This document shows positions 52,241 to 64,000 of a DNA stretch of 64,000 nucleotides, one piece after another. The translations under genes were made by a program, and so were the position numbers. The stretch covers positions 20,896,001-20,960,000 of the forward strand of contig NW_024704743.1 in assembly GCF_018977255.1 (NCBI RefSeq), given 5' to 3'. The DNA is from Callorhinchus milii (Eukaryota). How positions within the stretch are numbered: the first letter of the stretch is position 1; each line of letters begins with the position of its first letter. The notes under the pieces are model-generated. The model worked only from the letters and a program-made list of their open reading frames with translations, searched no databases and was not told where the DNA came from.

Positions 52241-54204
52241 TTGGTAGGATGAGGAGAATGGAACTGATACACTTTGGTAGTGGAGGTATGTGTGTGGGGA
52301 AGGGGAAGGAGCGGGGGTAGGGAAGTTCTGTTCTAATACAGGTTAACACGTATTGCAGTATTGTAAAAATGTTGAGAGCACTTTGTATTTAATCTAATCT
52401 ATACCTGACACTGGAATATCTTATATTGATGCAGGTCTACAGTGTTATCGTCTGGGGTTATAAACTTTCAACTTGAAAAACACAATCAAATCCCTCTTCT
52501 TTAAAATGGGTTAATTCAGAATTTTGCATAAAATTATTGCAATTTTAAATAATTCATTCCATTCTTAGTTCCCAACATGTGAAACTTTCCATGTTTAGAG
52601 TCTGGAAGCTAACCTGCCTCAAGGCTTGTGTCAAACCCACTGGTGACTTACTTAACGAAATTTCAGCCAGTTAATAAAACTTCCATTTTTATAGTGCTTT
52701 TTCATGTTAAAAGATCACAAAGTGCTTCACCAGTAATTACTTGTCAAATGTACTGATTGTTTTTTAATCAAACATGGCAGTAATATACGCCAATAGATCG
52801 CACAAACAACAATGAAATGAATGACCAATTTATCTGCAGGTTTGCTCACCAGGACATCAGGGGAAACAATGAGCTCTCTTTAATATCTTAATATGTACCT
52901 GAACAGTAATAATAATAATAATAATAATAATTGTTGCATTCAATAAAGCCCCTTTCACACTGGGAGAATGTGTTGAATCATTTCACTGGGTTTACTGTAA
53001 AGTGGAGTGATTGTATTTTTGTAGATGAATGGGGCAGCCAATTTACGCATAGCAGTGTTCCACAAAGTCCTGACATGGGGATTGAACCTATACCCTTCTG
53101 ACTCAGAAGTGGGAGTACTACGCACTGAGCTAGGCTAATACCTAAACTGAGCCAGGCTAATGCAAATACGGGATTGTAGATTAACATGCTATCGGTAGAT
53201 TGCACCTCCAGTAATGTTGCATCCTGCCTCCCACATCTACCTTGAAGTGTCAGGCTAGACTATGAGCTCAAGTCACAACCTTTTGTCCCAGTTAACAGTT
53301 TGAACCCACATCAAAACTAATCAGCCAAAGCAAGTGTCTCACCATCAGAACTCCTTTGAAGAATTAGTTAGAAAAATGAGTCATTGAACAACGACTTTGT
53401 TTTTTTCCCTATCCACTCCATTAATTTGAATGGGTTTGTTTAAACTGTGAGCCAAAGCAATGATATCACCAGAAAAACTTGCTTAGATGAGTCACTGAAA
53501 CAGATCATCTGAGACTGCAAATACTACCATCGCTTTGGGATGTTTCAACCACTCTATCATTTTAACTGCTGCACAGTGAAGGGCACTATCTCCATGAGCA
53601 AATATTAGTCAACATGCTTTTGGTGAGAAAACTTGATGGCCCATGAATTGTTCTTGTTAAAATGATGCCGAATGCACAGACGTGAAGTGACACTGTATTT
53701 TGGCATGATTTAGCCAAGGGCATGAGTTATTTTTTTTACACAAACAAACAAACAAAGCTTTTCCTGAAGATGTGTAATCCACAGTTGGCCTCAGTGTCTC
53801 CTTCAAAGCAGATGTTCATGCAAGTGCATGTAACTATTCCGATTGTTGAATAGAGCAACCTAGGACAATGATTTTAGTAAATGCATTACAAGTATATTTT
53901 ATTCTTCTAAATTTTACTAACAAGATAAATGATTTCATCAGAGACCCAGCATCAGAAAACTAACCAAAATATGTCCGAGACTTAACAAAGTATAAGATTT
54001 CGGTTTCTTGTATCAGTGATGTGACCAGGCCAAATAATATCATAAATATTGACTACCTTTCAAAATGCTTCTGTCACTGTTTTTCAATAATCAGAAGCCA
54101 GTATTTATTAATGTCAGGTCCAGCTCCAAGTGACAGGTCAGCCCAAACATTAAAGATCATTACAATATTGAGAAACACGAAAAAGCAACTTATCAAAGTC
54201 AGAT

Positions 54205-54760
54205 GACACAACAACAACAACAACAAAATTACACTTATAGAGCACCTTTCACATTGGGAGGATGTCCCAAAGCGCTGAACAGTCAGGTGTCGGGGCCCGA
54301 GCATGGGGGAGGGGTGGTGTAGGGGTGAAGGAAGGCAGAGAGGTGGGAGGGAGACCAAAGGCACGATCAAAGGGAAGGGTCTTGAGACCGGACTTGAAGG
54401 AGGTAAAGGAGGAACAACAACAAGATTCCATTTATAGAGCGCCTTTCACATCGGGAAGACGTTCCAAGGCGCTGTACAGTTGGGTCAGGACCCGAGCAGG
54501 GGGGAAATGGTCAGGGTGAGGGGAGGGAAGGGAGGGAGCGAGGAGGGGGTAGAGAGTCGAGAGGGGAGCTGAAAGCACGGTCAAAGGGAAAGGTCTTGAG
54601 ACCGGCCTTGAAGGAGGAAAGGGAGGAAACAAGGCGAAGGGATGGAGTTCCAGAGTGTGGGGGCAGAGAGACTGAAAGCCCGGCCACCGATGGTAGGGTG
54701 GGTCGGGCAAGAGACATGGAGCAGACCGGAGCCCGCTGAACGGAGGGAGCGGGCAGACAC
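54205..54760 (-). mobile_element. Two tandem L2 3' ends (54205-54410, 54413-54760)
   Basis: Each has a (CAA)n tail, the hairpin and an SFK.GLKT.PFDRAF motif. Confidence 0.85.
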
Positions 54761-55029
54761 TGTTGGAATGTTACCCCAGCAAAAGTAAGTGCTTTCAGGA
54801 AAGGAGTGAGAAAAGGGTAGAAAATTGCCCCTAAAAAGAGGTATATGTTCGAACAAATATCATAGTTCTACTCCTGGAATCCAGATAGCGTTGTTACTGT
54901 GCAATACCATGGGGGTTTCAAGAGCACATGATGAGCTTATATGTTCAAACAACTCAAAGAATACTGTATTTCATGGAGTTGCTGGCAATCTAAAGATATC
55001 TAAGAATGTTAGTTGACTCATCGCTCACT

Positions 55030-55570
55030 TTGCCAAAACAGTGTGAGACAGCAATAAATAAGCAAACAGGATATTGAGCTTTATTTACATAATTCTCAGG
55101 CTATATTGTGCTTTGGTAAGAGCACACCTAGAGTACCGCATTACAGTTCTGGTCACCATGACGCAAGGAGGGCTGTCTAGCCCCTAGAGGCAGGGCAGAG
55201 AAGGCATCTAAAAAGGAGGCTATGAACATTAAGCTAGGCCTCCTCAGTCTTGAGAAAAGAGATTTGGAGGGGATCTTATAGAGGTGTATAAAATGTTAAA
55301 TGGGATTCAAAAAGTAAATCCAGAACAATACTTTTGGATGCACCAAGACAGCAGAACAAGAGGACATAGCTTTAAGCATCCAAAAAGCAATTCCAGGACA
55401 GATACTAGGAACTTTTTCTTTACCCATTATTTACCCATTATAGTAAATAAAGCCAGGAAGAGTGGCACTGGACTCATTTAAAAAATACTCTGATGCTGTA
55501 ATAAGAAGACTCTGAGGTTCCTGTTCTGGAGGGATGAGATCAGATGGGCCGAAGAGTCTTCTTCATCCAT
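55030..55570 (+). mobile_element. CR1 3' fragment
   Basis: ALVRAHLEY, YKMLNGIQKV and SRTRGHSFK motifs. Confidence 0.8.
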
Positions 55571-57015
55571 ACAAATCTTGTCAACAACTAATCCTGGTTA
55601 TTTTTGCATTTCACCCTGATTTCAAACAAGGATTGAATCTCTTTTCACATAATATAAATGGACTCTGTTACTCTAACATTGTACTCTTGATAATTATGCT
55701 TTGGCAATTCACCCGAGCACCCAAGTTGCCGAGCAATAGTAAGCTAAAGTTATAAAACAGATCACCTCTAATCCCCTGGCTATAAGATAATCATCCTGTG
55801 AGTTAAGACCTGGTTCTATGCAAGATCAACATTAATACAATAATAAAGTACAGAGTAAGAAAAAGGTTATTGACTACATTGCAATGTTTGAACTTCACCA
55901 ATTTAGTTAATCTCTTGAAGAAAGTAAATAATAAGATAACATTTCCAAGATGGTAAAACTTCTTCACTCTTTTTCCTCCCTGACTCCAACAGTAATTCAG
56001 TAATAACTCCAGAGCATCCTTAAAACCATACATTCCATATTATTCCATAAAATTGACTGGTTTCATTCCACACAAGAAAGCAGGCAATGAGAAAAAACAC
56101 ATCTTGTCTATCAATTGCAGACTCTCTGTTTCATCACAGACTCTATTGAATTTATTTACTCCCCAGAACAAAGCATTAAAGGACTTTCAAACTATTCAAT
56201 TAAAATCCCCGAAAATCCCTTTAACCTACAACCACATTGGTTTCATAAACCTTGACTGGTTGAATTTTCCATCCCATAGATTCTATGGTCTCAGAAACTG
56301 TTGTGTTCCATGGCAAACTCAATACTAATAATAATAATCCTTTGATGTAGTGCTGTATCAAATAAAACATTTTTTAAAAGGGCTTCAACAGTAATTGTTG
56401 TTAAGTGTAGTGACTATGTATTTGTCGATGAATGTGGCAGCCAATTTGCACACAACAATATCCCCCAAACACCCAAGAAATTAATGATCAATTTAACTAA
56501 AGGATTGTTGATCAAACCACCCGGAGAAACTCCCTTCTTTTAAAACATTCAATCAGTTATTTATTCCATATGTCTGATAAAATGGATTCTTCCTATCTTT
56601 GGGAAGACAGGAACAGTAGCCTGTTGAGTCTGTTCCACCTTTATATTAGATCGTGACAGATCTCACAAATATAGTAAGTTATTTTCTGAGTCTTTCTTGG
56701 CAAGAAATTCCTTATCATAAAGTGTAGCAAGTTTGATGATGCAAACGTTTATCATTTTATTGATGCAAGTCAAACCAGCAAAAAAAANTCTTCCAAATTT
56801 GATATGAAAAACGGAATGAATCCTCTTATATTCTAGTATCCTCGATGTAAGGTCTCAACCGGTCTCATACCGTTAGTGTCTCAACACTTGCCCAGAGATG
56901 GGGTCATGGAGCCTGGTGTGGGAGAGGACATGAGCTGCAGAGTTCTGGATGACCTGCAGCTTGCGAAGGGCAGAGGACAGGGGAGGCCGACAGGGAGGGA
57001 GTTTGCATAGTAATA

Positions 57016-57141
57016 CTCTGGAGTTATTACTGAATTGCTGTTGGAGTCAGGGAGGAAAAAGAGTGAAGAAGTTTTACCATCTTGGAAATGTCATCTCATT
57101 ACTTACTTTCTTCAAGAGATTAACTAAATTGGTGAAGTTCA
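57016..57141 (-). repeat. 126-bp inverted copy of 55889-56014
   Basis: Direct comparison by eye: 4 mismatches, all transitions. Confidence 0.95.
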
Positions 57142-57467
57142 CATGACAAATGAGTGTTTCGGCGGCCTGAGGGGTAAGGCATTGGTGGAGTCGGGCAATG
57201 TTGAGGAGGTGGGGGAAGGCAGAGCGGGTCATGGCACGGATGTGGGGGAGAAAGGACAGTTGAAGGTCGAACGAGATGCCCAGGTTCCTAACTGGCTTGG
57301 TGAGGTGGTGAGGTGGAGTGTGCAACTATGGATACTGATGCTACCAATGCCTGAGTTGCTGAGATGCTGGTGCGCGCCAATCAAGAGAGGCTCAGTCTCG
57401 CTGACATTCAACTGTAGAAAGTTGGCTCTCATCCAGGACTTGATGTCAGACTGTCAGGATGTCAGTT

Positions 57468-57786
57468 ATAATAATAATAATAATAATCCTCGCATTTGAT
57501 ATAGCGCTTTTCACGTCTTCTAGATGTCTCAAACGCTTCACAGAATATGCTGTAAAGTGAAATGACTGTATATTTGTGGGCGAAACACGGCAGCCAATTG
57601 CGCACAGCAGTTTCCCACAAACAGTCGTGGATTGAAAATGACCAATTTATTATTGTTTTGTTTTGGAGGGATTATTATTAGACGTGTGGAGTAAGGAAAT
57701 TTGTCCAAGGTTTCACCCTGCCTGGAATTGAACCCAGGTGTCTCGCTTGCAAGGCAAGTGCTCTAACCACTGAGCTACAGGACTCC
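57468..57786 (-). mobile_element. Full-length short-form tRNA-SINE inserted in L2
   Basis: GGAGTCCTGTAGCTCAGTGGTTAGAGC head to (TTA)n tail; L2 is collinear on both sides. Confidence 0.9.
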
Positions 57787-60700
57787 ACAAATGTCCTGGA
57801 ATCGAGGGTGGAGGCAGAGAGATAGAGTTGGGGGCCATCCGCGTACATGTGGAAGTTGACCCCATGTCTGCAGATAATATCACCAAGGGGGAGCATGTAG
57901 ACGTTGAAGAGGAGGGGACCAAGGACAGAGTCCTGAGGAACACCACACAAGACTGTATGGGAGCTGGAAGATAAACTGTTGGCGGAGACAAAATGGAAAC
58001 GGTGTGAGAGATAAGACCTGAACCATTCAAGGACAGAACCTTGAAGGTTGAGGTGAGAGGAGAGGCGGTGGAGGTGGATGGAATGGTACACGGTATTGAA
58101 GGCAGCAGAGAGGCCGAGGAGGACGAAGAGGCAGAGGGAGCCCTGGTCATAGATGGACAAAATTTCATTTGTCACCTTGACCAGAGCAGTTTCTGTGCTG
58201 TGAGCAGCATGGAAACCGGATTGGAGGGGCTCATGAAGGAAGTGGTAGGAGAGGAATGAACAAAGCTGGAAAGCAACGGCTCTTCCAAGGACCTTCGAAA
58301 GAAAGGGAGGTTGGCAATGGGCCAGTGGTTAACGGCAGGGATGGGTCCAGGGAAGGTTTTTTCAGGATGGGGATGATTGTAGCTGTTTTTAGGGGGATCG
58401 GAATGATTGATGGTGTTGGAGAGTAGAGAGGTGAGGAGGTGGAGCTGGGAGGTGAGGAGAGGGGTGGGGATGGGATTAAAGGAGCAGATGGTGTGTTTCA
58501 GGCTGGATATGGTGGTGATGAGAGAGGAGGGGGAGACAGGTTCGAAAATTTGGAGGCGAGGGATGTGTAGGGGGGTCAGAGTGTGGGAGGGAGATGGGGA
58601 TGGAGTGGCAATTGGGAGAGTGGAGAGAGCTGAATGGATCCCCTCGATTTTGGTTCGAAGAAATCCACCATCTCCTCACAGTCAGAGTTTGAGGAGAGAA
58701 TGGGTAAGGCGTGGGAGGGTGGACGGAGGAGCCGATTGGTGGTGGAGAATAGGAGCCTGGGGTTGTCCTTCGCCTCCAAGGTTATCTTGGAGTAGAAGGA
58801 TGATTTGTCAGAGGCGAGGGTGGAGCGGTACGTTTTGATGTGGTCCAGCCAGATCAGCCGGTGGACCGTTAGGTCAGACTTCAGCCAGGTGCATTTGATG
58901 GCCCGCACCTGACCCTCAAGGGAGCGGAGGTAGCTGGTGTACCAAGGTGAGGTTCGGGCGTAGGAGGTGGTTCGGGAGGTGAGGGGGGCAAGGACACCAG
59001 AGTGGTGGAGAGGGAGTTGTGGAGGAGAAGGATAAATCAGTGCGGGAGGTAGGCCAGAGGGGGAGGAGTTCACATGACCCCAGGGCAGTGGAAAGGGATT
59101 ACAGGGAGATTTTTTTTCCAGGGGTGGTAGGAGATGGAGGTGGGTTGGGTGGCGCTGGGGAGAGGGATTGAGGAGTTAAGGGAGATGAAATGGTGATCGG
59201 AGATGGCTTTGTCTGTGATTGTGATATCCGAGACACTGAGGTAATCACCAGGTTGAGTGGGTGGCCATGAACATGGGTGACAGAGTGGATATGGAGGGAG
59301 AGGTTATGAGGGGAAAGGAGAGAGAAGTCCGAGGAGATAGAGCAGGAGGGGGTGAAGTGAAGTTTGAAGTCGCCGAGGATGAGGAGGCATTCAGAACAGA
59401 GGCAGAGGGAAGCTAGGAGGGCGGAGACATCAGAGATGAAAGTGGGGGAGGTTTTGGTGGGGGGGGTGGGGAGTGCGGTAAATGAGGAGAATTTTGAGGG
59501 AAAGATTGGAGGAATGGTAGAGTGTAAGATGCTCAAATGAGGGGAATGAGGCAAAAGAATAAGGGGATAGAGCAGTGAATGGTATATTTTTTATTTTGGC
59601 ACCAGTCAGATGGACTGCAATTGTCTTTTCTGATCCTGCACATTTCTATGTTCCTATGGAAATTGAGTTAAACTACTATCACAGAAACTACCACTGAAAT
59701 AAATAATGCACAGGCCAATACATTCAATATCAGCTACCTGCGGCTTCGAACAAAACCACTGAAGTGAATTCACCAGTGCTAAGAAATTGATTGAGATATT
59801 GACAAGGTAGGATTTTAATAATGTGATAATGATAATTATGACCAGTGATAAATATTATATCACTTGTATTTTTGTCTTGAGGTGTGTTAAGACATCAGGT
59901 TAAGTTAGAAGATCAGCCATGATCTTATTAAATGGCGCGGCAGGCTCGAGGGGCCGAATGGCCTACTCCTGCTCCTACATCTTATGGTCTTAAGTATTGG
60001 GTCCTGGTGGTTTGTGCTTGTCTCCCGCAGTATCACTGTAAAATATACAGCAGGTTGTTTAGAGTGATATTTGAGCCACAGTAAGCTTATTATAATTTCA
60101 CGTAATTGCAATGAAATGGCAATAGGGTTGACGAGTGATGAGGCTGTTGTACAAAATATTAGTTAATTTTAGGAAGCAATTTAGCTCATTTATATTTTAT
60201 TATTCTAAAGTTTCTGAGGTGACTCATGTTACTTTAGAAGTGACTTGGCACGTGACTCCATTGCTAATCCTGGCTTAGATGTCATATAACTACAGTGTGT
60301 CATGCCCCTCTTTATTTGCTTATATGCAAACATAAATTACAAATATAAAGTTAGTAAAATGGAATGAAACCCTTACTCTACATTGTTCTAGTCACTGGCT
60401 TAGAACTATTGACAGGAGGTTTTGTATCACTTTTGTTTGAGTTCTGCATTCAGATTCATTAGATATTAATGGACATCTTTTTGGTTTTGTACAAGCTTTT
60501 ATTTCAACACTGTATTATATTCCTACAGGGAGGATTGTACCAAGGCAGACATTTTCCAATGTAAGATGTAGCCTAGGGAAGATGCATGTTCTATCAACAA
60601 GTTTACATAAGTCAAGTGCATTTCTCGAAATATAAAATCCAGAATAAATGCTGTAATGGACACATTTCTTTACTGATGGATTCTGGTTACTTTTCTGTTT

Positions 60701-60999
60701 TTGTAGTTAATGATGTTAAATTATGTCATTTAAAGAAATGAGTTTCTCTCGTGCTCCCAGCTAACAATCCCCTAATTAAATTGATCACTCACTTCACCAC
60801 TGTTTGTGGGACATTACTGTGTGCAAATTGGCTGCCAGGTCCGCCCCTAAAATACAGTCAATGCACTTTACAGTATATCCTGTGAAAAGCTTTGAAATGT
60901 CCTCTCAAATCAAATATAAAGATTATTATAGGATCATTATTATTGTTATTTCCTTTCCTACAATCAAAATGGGATTTTAGTTAACACTTTGTATCTGTT

Positions 61000-61850
61000 C
61001 CCTTTTTCTTGAAAATATACATTTATTTATTTATAAATATAATATTTGATGCACCAGAAATCCAAAACAAACACAACGTACAACATCTTCTGTTACAATG
61101 TTTTTCCCTTTCTCCCGATACAAAAAACATTCCATTGTTTATGGTACATTCCTTCACCGCATATAGGTTGTGCACACGCTTTTTGGGATGCTCCCTTTAA
61201 AACAGACGGGAGTCACCCCTGTGTGCACCACATCCATATGCGAGCCTGCACATACCCTGATAAGATGCGCTTGCTGCTTTCGGAAGATGCCCCGATGTGT
61301 ACCGTACCAGCACATGTTTACTGTACATACATTTGCAGGATGCTCTTTGGTTACATCTCGAGTTCCGTGTCCTTATGTTTATTTCAGTCAGTTTTGGGTG
61401 CGCTCGTGGGCTCCCCGGTGGGTGCGCCCTGAGTGGTTTGTGCAAGAGTGGCTCCTGCTGGGGTCAGGCCCCATCTGGCCTTTGCTGTGGTTGAGCTGAA
61501 CTTCAGCTTATCCCTCAGTATATAGTCCCTGATCCTCGCATGCGCGAGTCTCGGTCGCCAATTCTTTATCTCCTCCTTCTCCCCCTTTTGTTTGTGCAGT
61601 AGGGAGATGCTGCCTTTCCTCATAAACTCTGCCGTGGTCCCTGCTAGCAGCATGTTGTTAGATGCCTCCAGCAAGTTAGGGCCCTTCGGGTCCCACAGAG
61701 CCGAGTAGAGCTCCACCGGCAGACTGTCGCCTCCGGGGGTCTTAGCGGTCTGGAGGGCTTTGATGGCCCTGGTCAGTTCATCTAGGGAGAGAGGGCCTGT
61801 CTAAGTGCTCCCGGCTCTCCTCATCCAGCACCTCGGTGAGGGCAGACTCT
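61000..61850 (-). mobile_element. Tx1/L1-clade LINE fragment with internal deletion and 3'UTR
   Basis: PLSLDELTRAIKALQTAKTPGGDSLPVELY...KQKGEKEEIKNWRP is joined to the C-terminal RLAHARIRDYILRD...AKARWG, followed by AATAAA and a short A-rich end at ~61000-61030. Confidence 0.75.
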
Positions 61851-63134
61851 GTATCTGGTCCCTGACCAAGACGGTTTTCTGCATCTATGCCACATCTCTG
61901 CCTGCCTCTGCTCTCACTGTGCTGCCTTTCTCACCTCCCATTTCAAATTATCCTCATTGACCTTCACAACTATAGTATCAGCAAACCAGATCATCCCAAA
62001 ACTCAGCCACCTGCATCTTTTACTGCATAAACATTTGTATGATTATCAACCCTGTCCTCACCAGCTTCACTGATTTCCCGTGGATTGACTTTAAGATCCT
62101 CACTCCCTCTCCTACAAACGTTTTCATGTCCTTACCTCTCCCTTGCCACCTATCTCTGTAATCTTGTTCAGCCTCACTCTTCTGCTCACTCCTGCACTCA
62201 GTAAATTGAGGCCTACTACACATTCCTAACATCCTCTTCTCCACCATCAGCAGCCGAGCTTTGAGCTATATGCCTTCACCCTCTGGAAGTCCCACCTCAA
62301 CCACCCCATCTCGCCTCTCATTATCTATCTTCAAGGGGTTCTAGTTGCCTCATTGCTCATCATGTTAAAAAGCTGTGAGACAGCAATAAACAAAGCAAAA
62401 GCAGGCTGAATATAAATATATTTTGCCAACAACAATCTGACAGGTACCAATAGCTCTATGAGACAAATACATTTTACCAAATCCGCTTTCTCACCTCAAA
62501 TACAGACAGTAAACTGTACCAATTCTACAAGATCAATTGGTTTCAAAGCCACACTTAATTTAAAAAGAGAAATTCTGTTGAACATTGAATGGAACTTTTT
62601 AGAAGCCTTGTGCAACTGTGAAATTCAGTTGAACAGAATTGTCAAAAAAAAGTTTTCTAAATAAATAATGATAATAATCGTTCCAATAGATATAGCGCCC
62701 TATCACGTCATTGAGACATCTCAAAGCGCTTCATAGAATATACTGTAAAGTGAATTGACTGTATATTGTGTAAGCTTTGATGACCTGATTGGCACAACTG
62801 GCGCATAGCCTTTTTGCCATACAATATTTAACAGAGAATGTTTTGCCAGTGGAAACACAGCTGGTGTACAATGTAACTGGAGCATCTTTTCAGCATGTGC
62901 CAATGATTGTATTTGAAACCTGAATGGTGTCAGTGTTTGTTAATTCTCAAATGACCAGCTTTTTAGTCAATTGCCATGGGATTTGTGCTTCTAAACAGTT
63001 CGACAACCAGGCTTTCAGCATAGATTGACTCTGAGCGATGTTTCAGAGGGTTAGCCTGAGAGACATCTGGGTAACGTCAGGATTCATTACGTACATATCA
63101 AATTGCAAATATTGCAGATTACTCCCAAATAATA

Positions 63135-63480
63135 TTCCTTACATTTGATATAGTGCTTTCACATTGGGAGAACATTTCAAAGTGCTTCACAGGATATAAT
63201 AATAATACTGTGAAGTGTAATGACTGTATATTTTGTAGGTAAATGCTGCAGCCAATTTGAACAGAGCTATATCCCATGAGCAGTCCTGGAGTGAATGACC
63301 AATTTGGGGGGATTATTGGCTAGAACACTGGGACAGTCTCCTTTCTCTATTCAAATAGTACGATGGAATCTTTGATGTCCACCTGATCAAGTAGACAGGA
63401 CCTTGATTTGACATCTCAAGTGAAGGACGGCACCTCCAACAATGCAATACGTGCAGCACTGAAGTGAAGTGTCAGCCTAG
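63135..63480 (-). mobile_element. Old Deu-domain SINE
   Basis: Tail plus Deu core (GATGTCCACCTG...GAAGGACGGCACCTCCAACAATGCA...GTGTCAGCCTAG). Confidence 0.75.
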
Positions 63481-64000
63481 TTCAAAGTCCCAATGAAGGA
63501 CGAAGATTAAATCAGCTATTTTCAGTTCGAGAAGCATGAATCTGAAAAATATAAAAAAATATATAAAAATCTTAGATTTAGCTTCTAGGGGTGTGTGATT
63601 AACATATTCCAATCACTTTTCTTTTTTTATGACAAAATATGCTGTAAATCTTCCCCTAGACATAATGCAAACTATGTCCAGTCATCACTGTATAAGTTAC
63701 TACTTTTCACCAATGTCTGCATTGCATTGGTATTTAATATAAAGTGATGATATAAATTATTCAGCAAACATTATGTATCATGACAAATATTACTCTTTTG
63801 AATTAACTCTCTCAAATTGCTGTGTGTAAAAGGTGCATAGGTATTAGCAAAGAAGCATTTTGTAAATGTTGACTTCAATTGAGTGGTTGCCTCATTAATT
63901 CCTTTTGTACTTGGTGGTGTGGGTGGGGAGTCTGGCAGGTTCGCAGTACTCCAGGGCACTGGTGATGACAAACTAGGGAGCCTGGCTCATCGGCAGGATG

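Larger units (their letters stand above)
56890..59580 (-). mobile_element. Long decayed L2 ORF2 (APE to RT C-terminus) with nested SINE and an inverted local duplication
   Basis: LLILGDFKLH (APE), DNPRLLFSTTNRLL, GVPQDSVLGPLLFNVYMLPLG, HMYADGPQLY and RNLGISFDLQLSF. Confidence 0.9.

Noticed and set aside
56788..56788. Single N base
   Set aside because: Assembly ambiguity after an A-run, not biology.
55889..57141. DNA transposon with 126-bp TIRs
   Set aside because: L2 sequence continues on both sides of the right arm only, and no target duplication is seen.
57678..59554. RT/endonuclease ORFs as an active LINE or domesticated gene
   Set aside because: Multiple frameshifts, YADG instead of YADD, and interrupted by insertions.
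1..64000. CRISPR arrays, operons or other prokaryote-like systems
   Set aside because: No regularly spaced repeat-spacer structure or dense coding region; recurring motifs are dispersed retroelement tails.

Overview
Vertebrate genomic DNA, most likely from a cartilaginous fish (inferred from the Deu-type SINE, L2 and CR1 repeat content). The only clear protein-coding gene is an intronless OTUD1 deubiquitinase (+, 12147-13694) in a CpG island, flanked by GT/CA low-complexity tracts, with a 3'UTR ending near an AATAAA at 15007. A second CpG island at ~1.4-2.5 kb carries an RFX X-box, NRF1-like motifs and a short minus-strand ORF. It looks like the promoter and first exon of a divergent gene; C10orf67 is expected here from mammalian synteny, but this is unproven. 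The rest of the window is intergenic or intronic DNA densely filled with decayed retroelements (L2, CR1, RTE-like, Tx1-like, and tRNA-headed and Deu-domain SINEs), many of them nested. The most notable signals are: strongly AT->GC-biased decay of repeats next to the left CpG island; a 126-bp locally templated inverted duplication inside an L2; stepwise SINE subfamily evolution toward the L2 tail; a CTCF pair next to a 20-bp PBX/MEIS-like palindrome; and an in-frame internally deleted Tx1-like element. I found no convincing novel multi-gene system. Repeat boundaries are approximate (read by eye).
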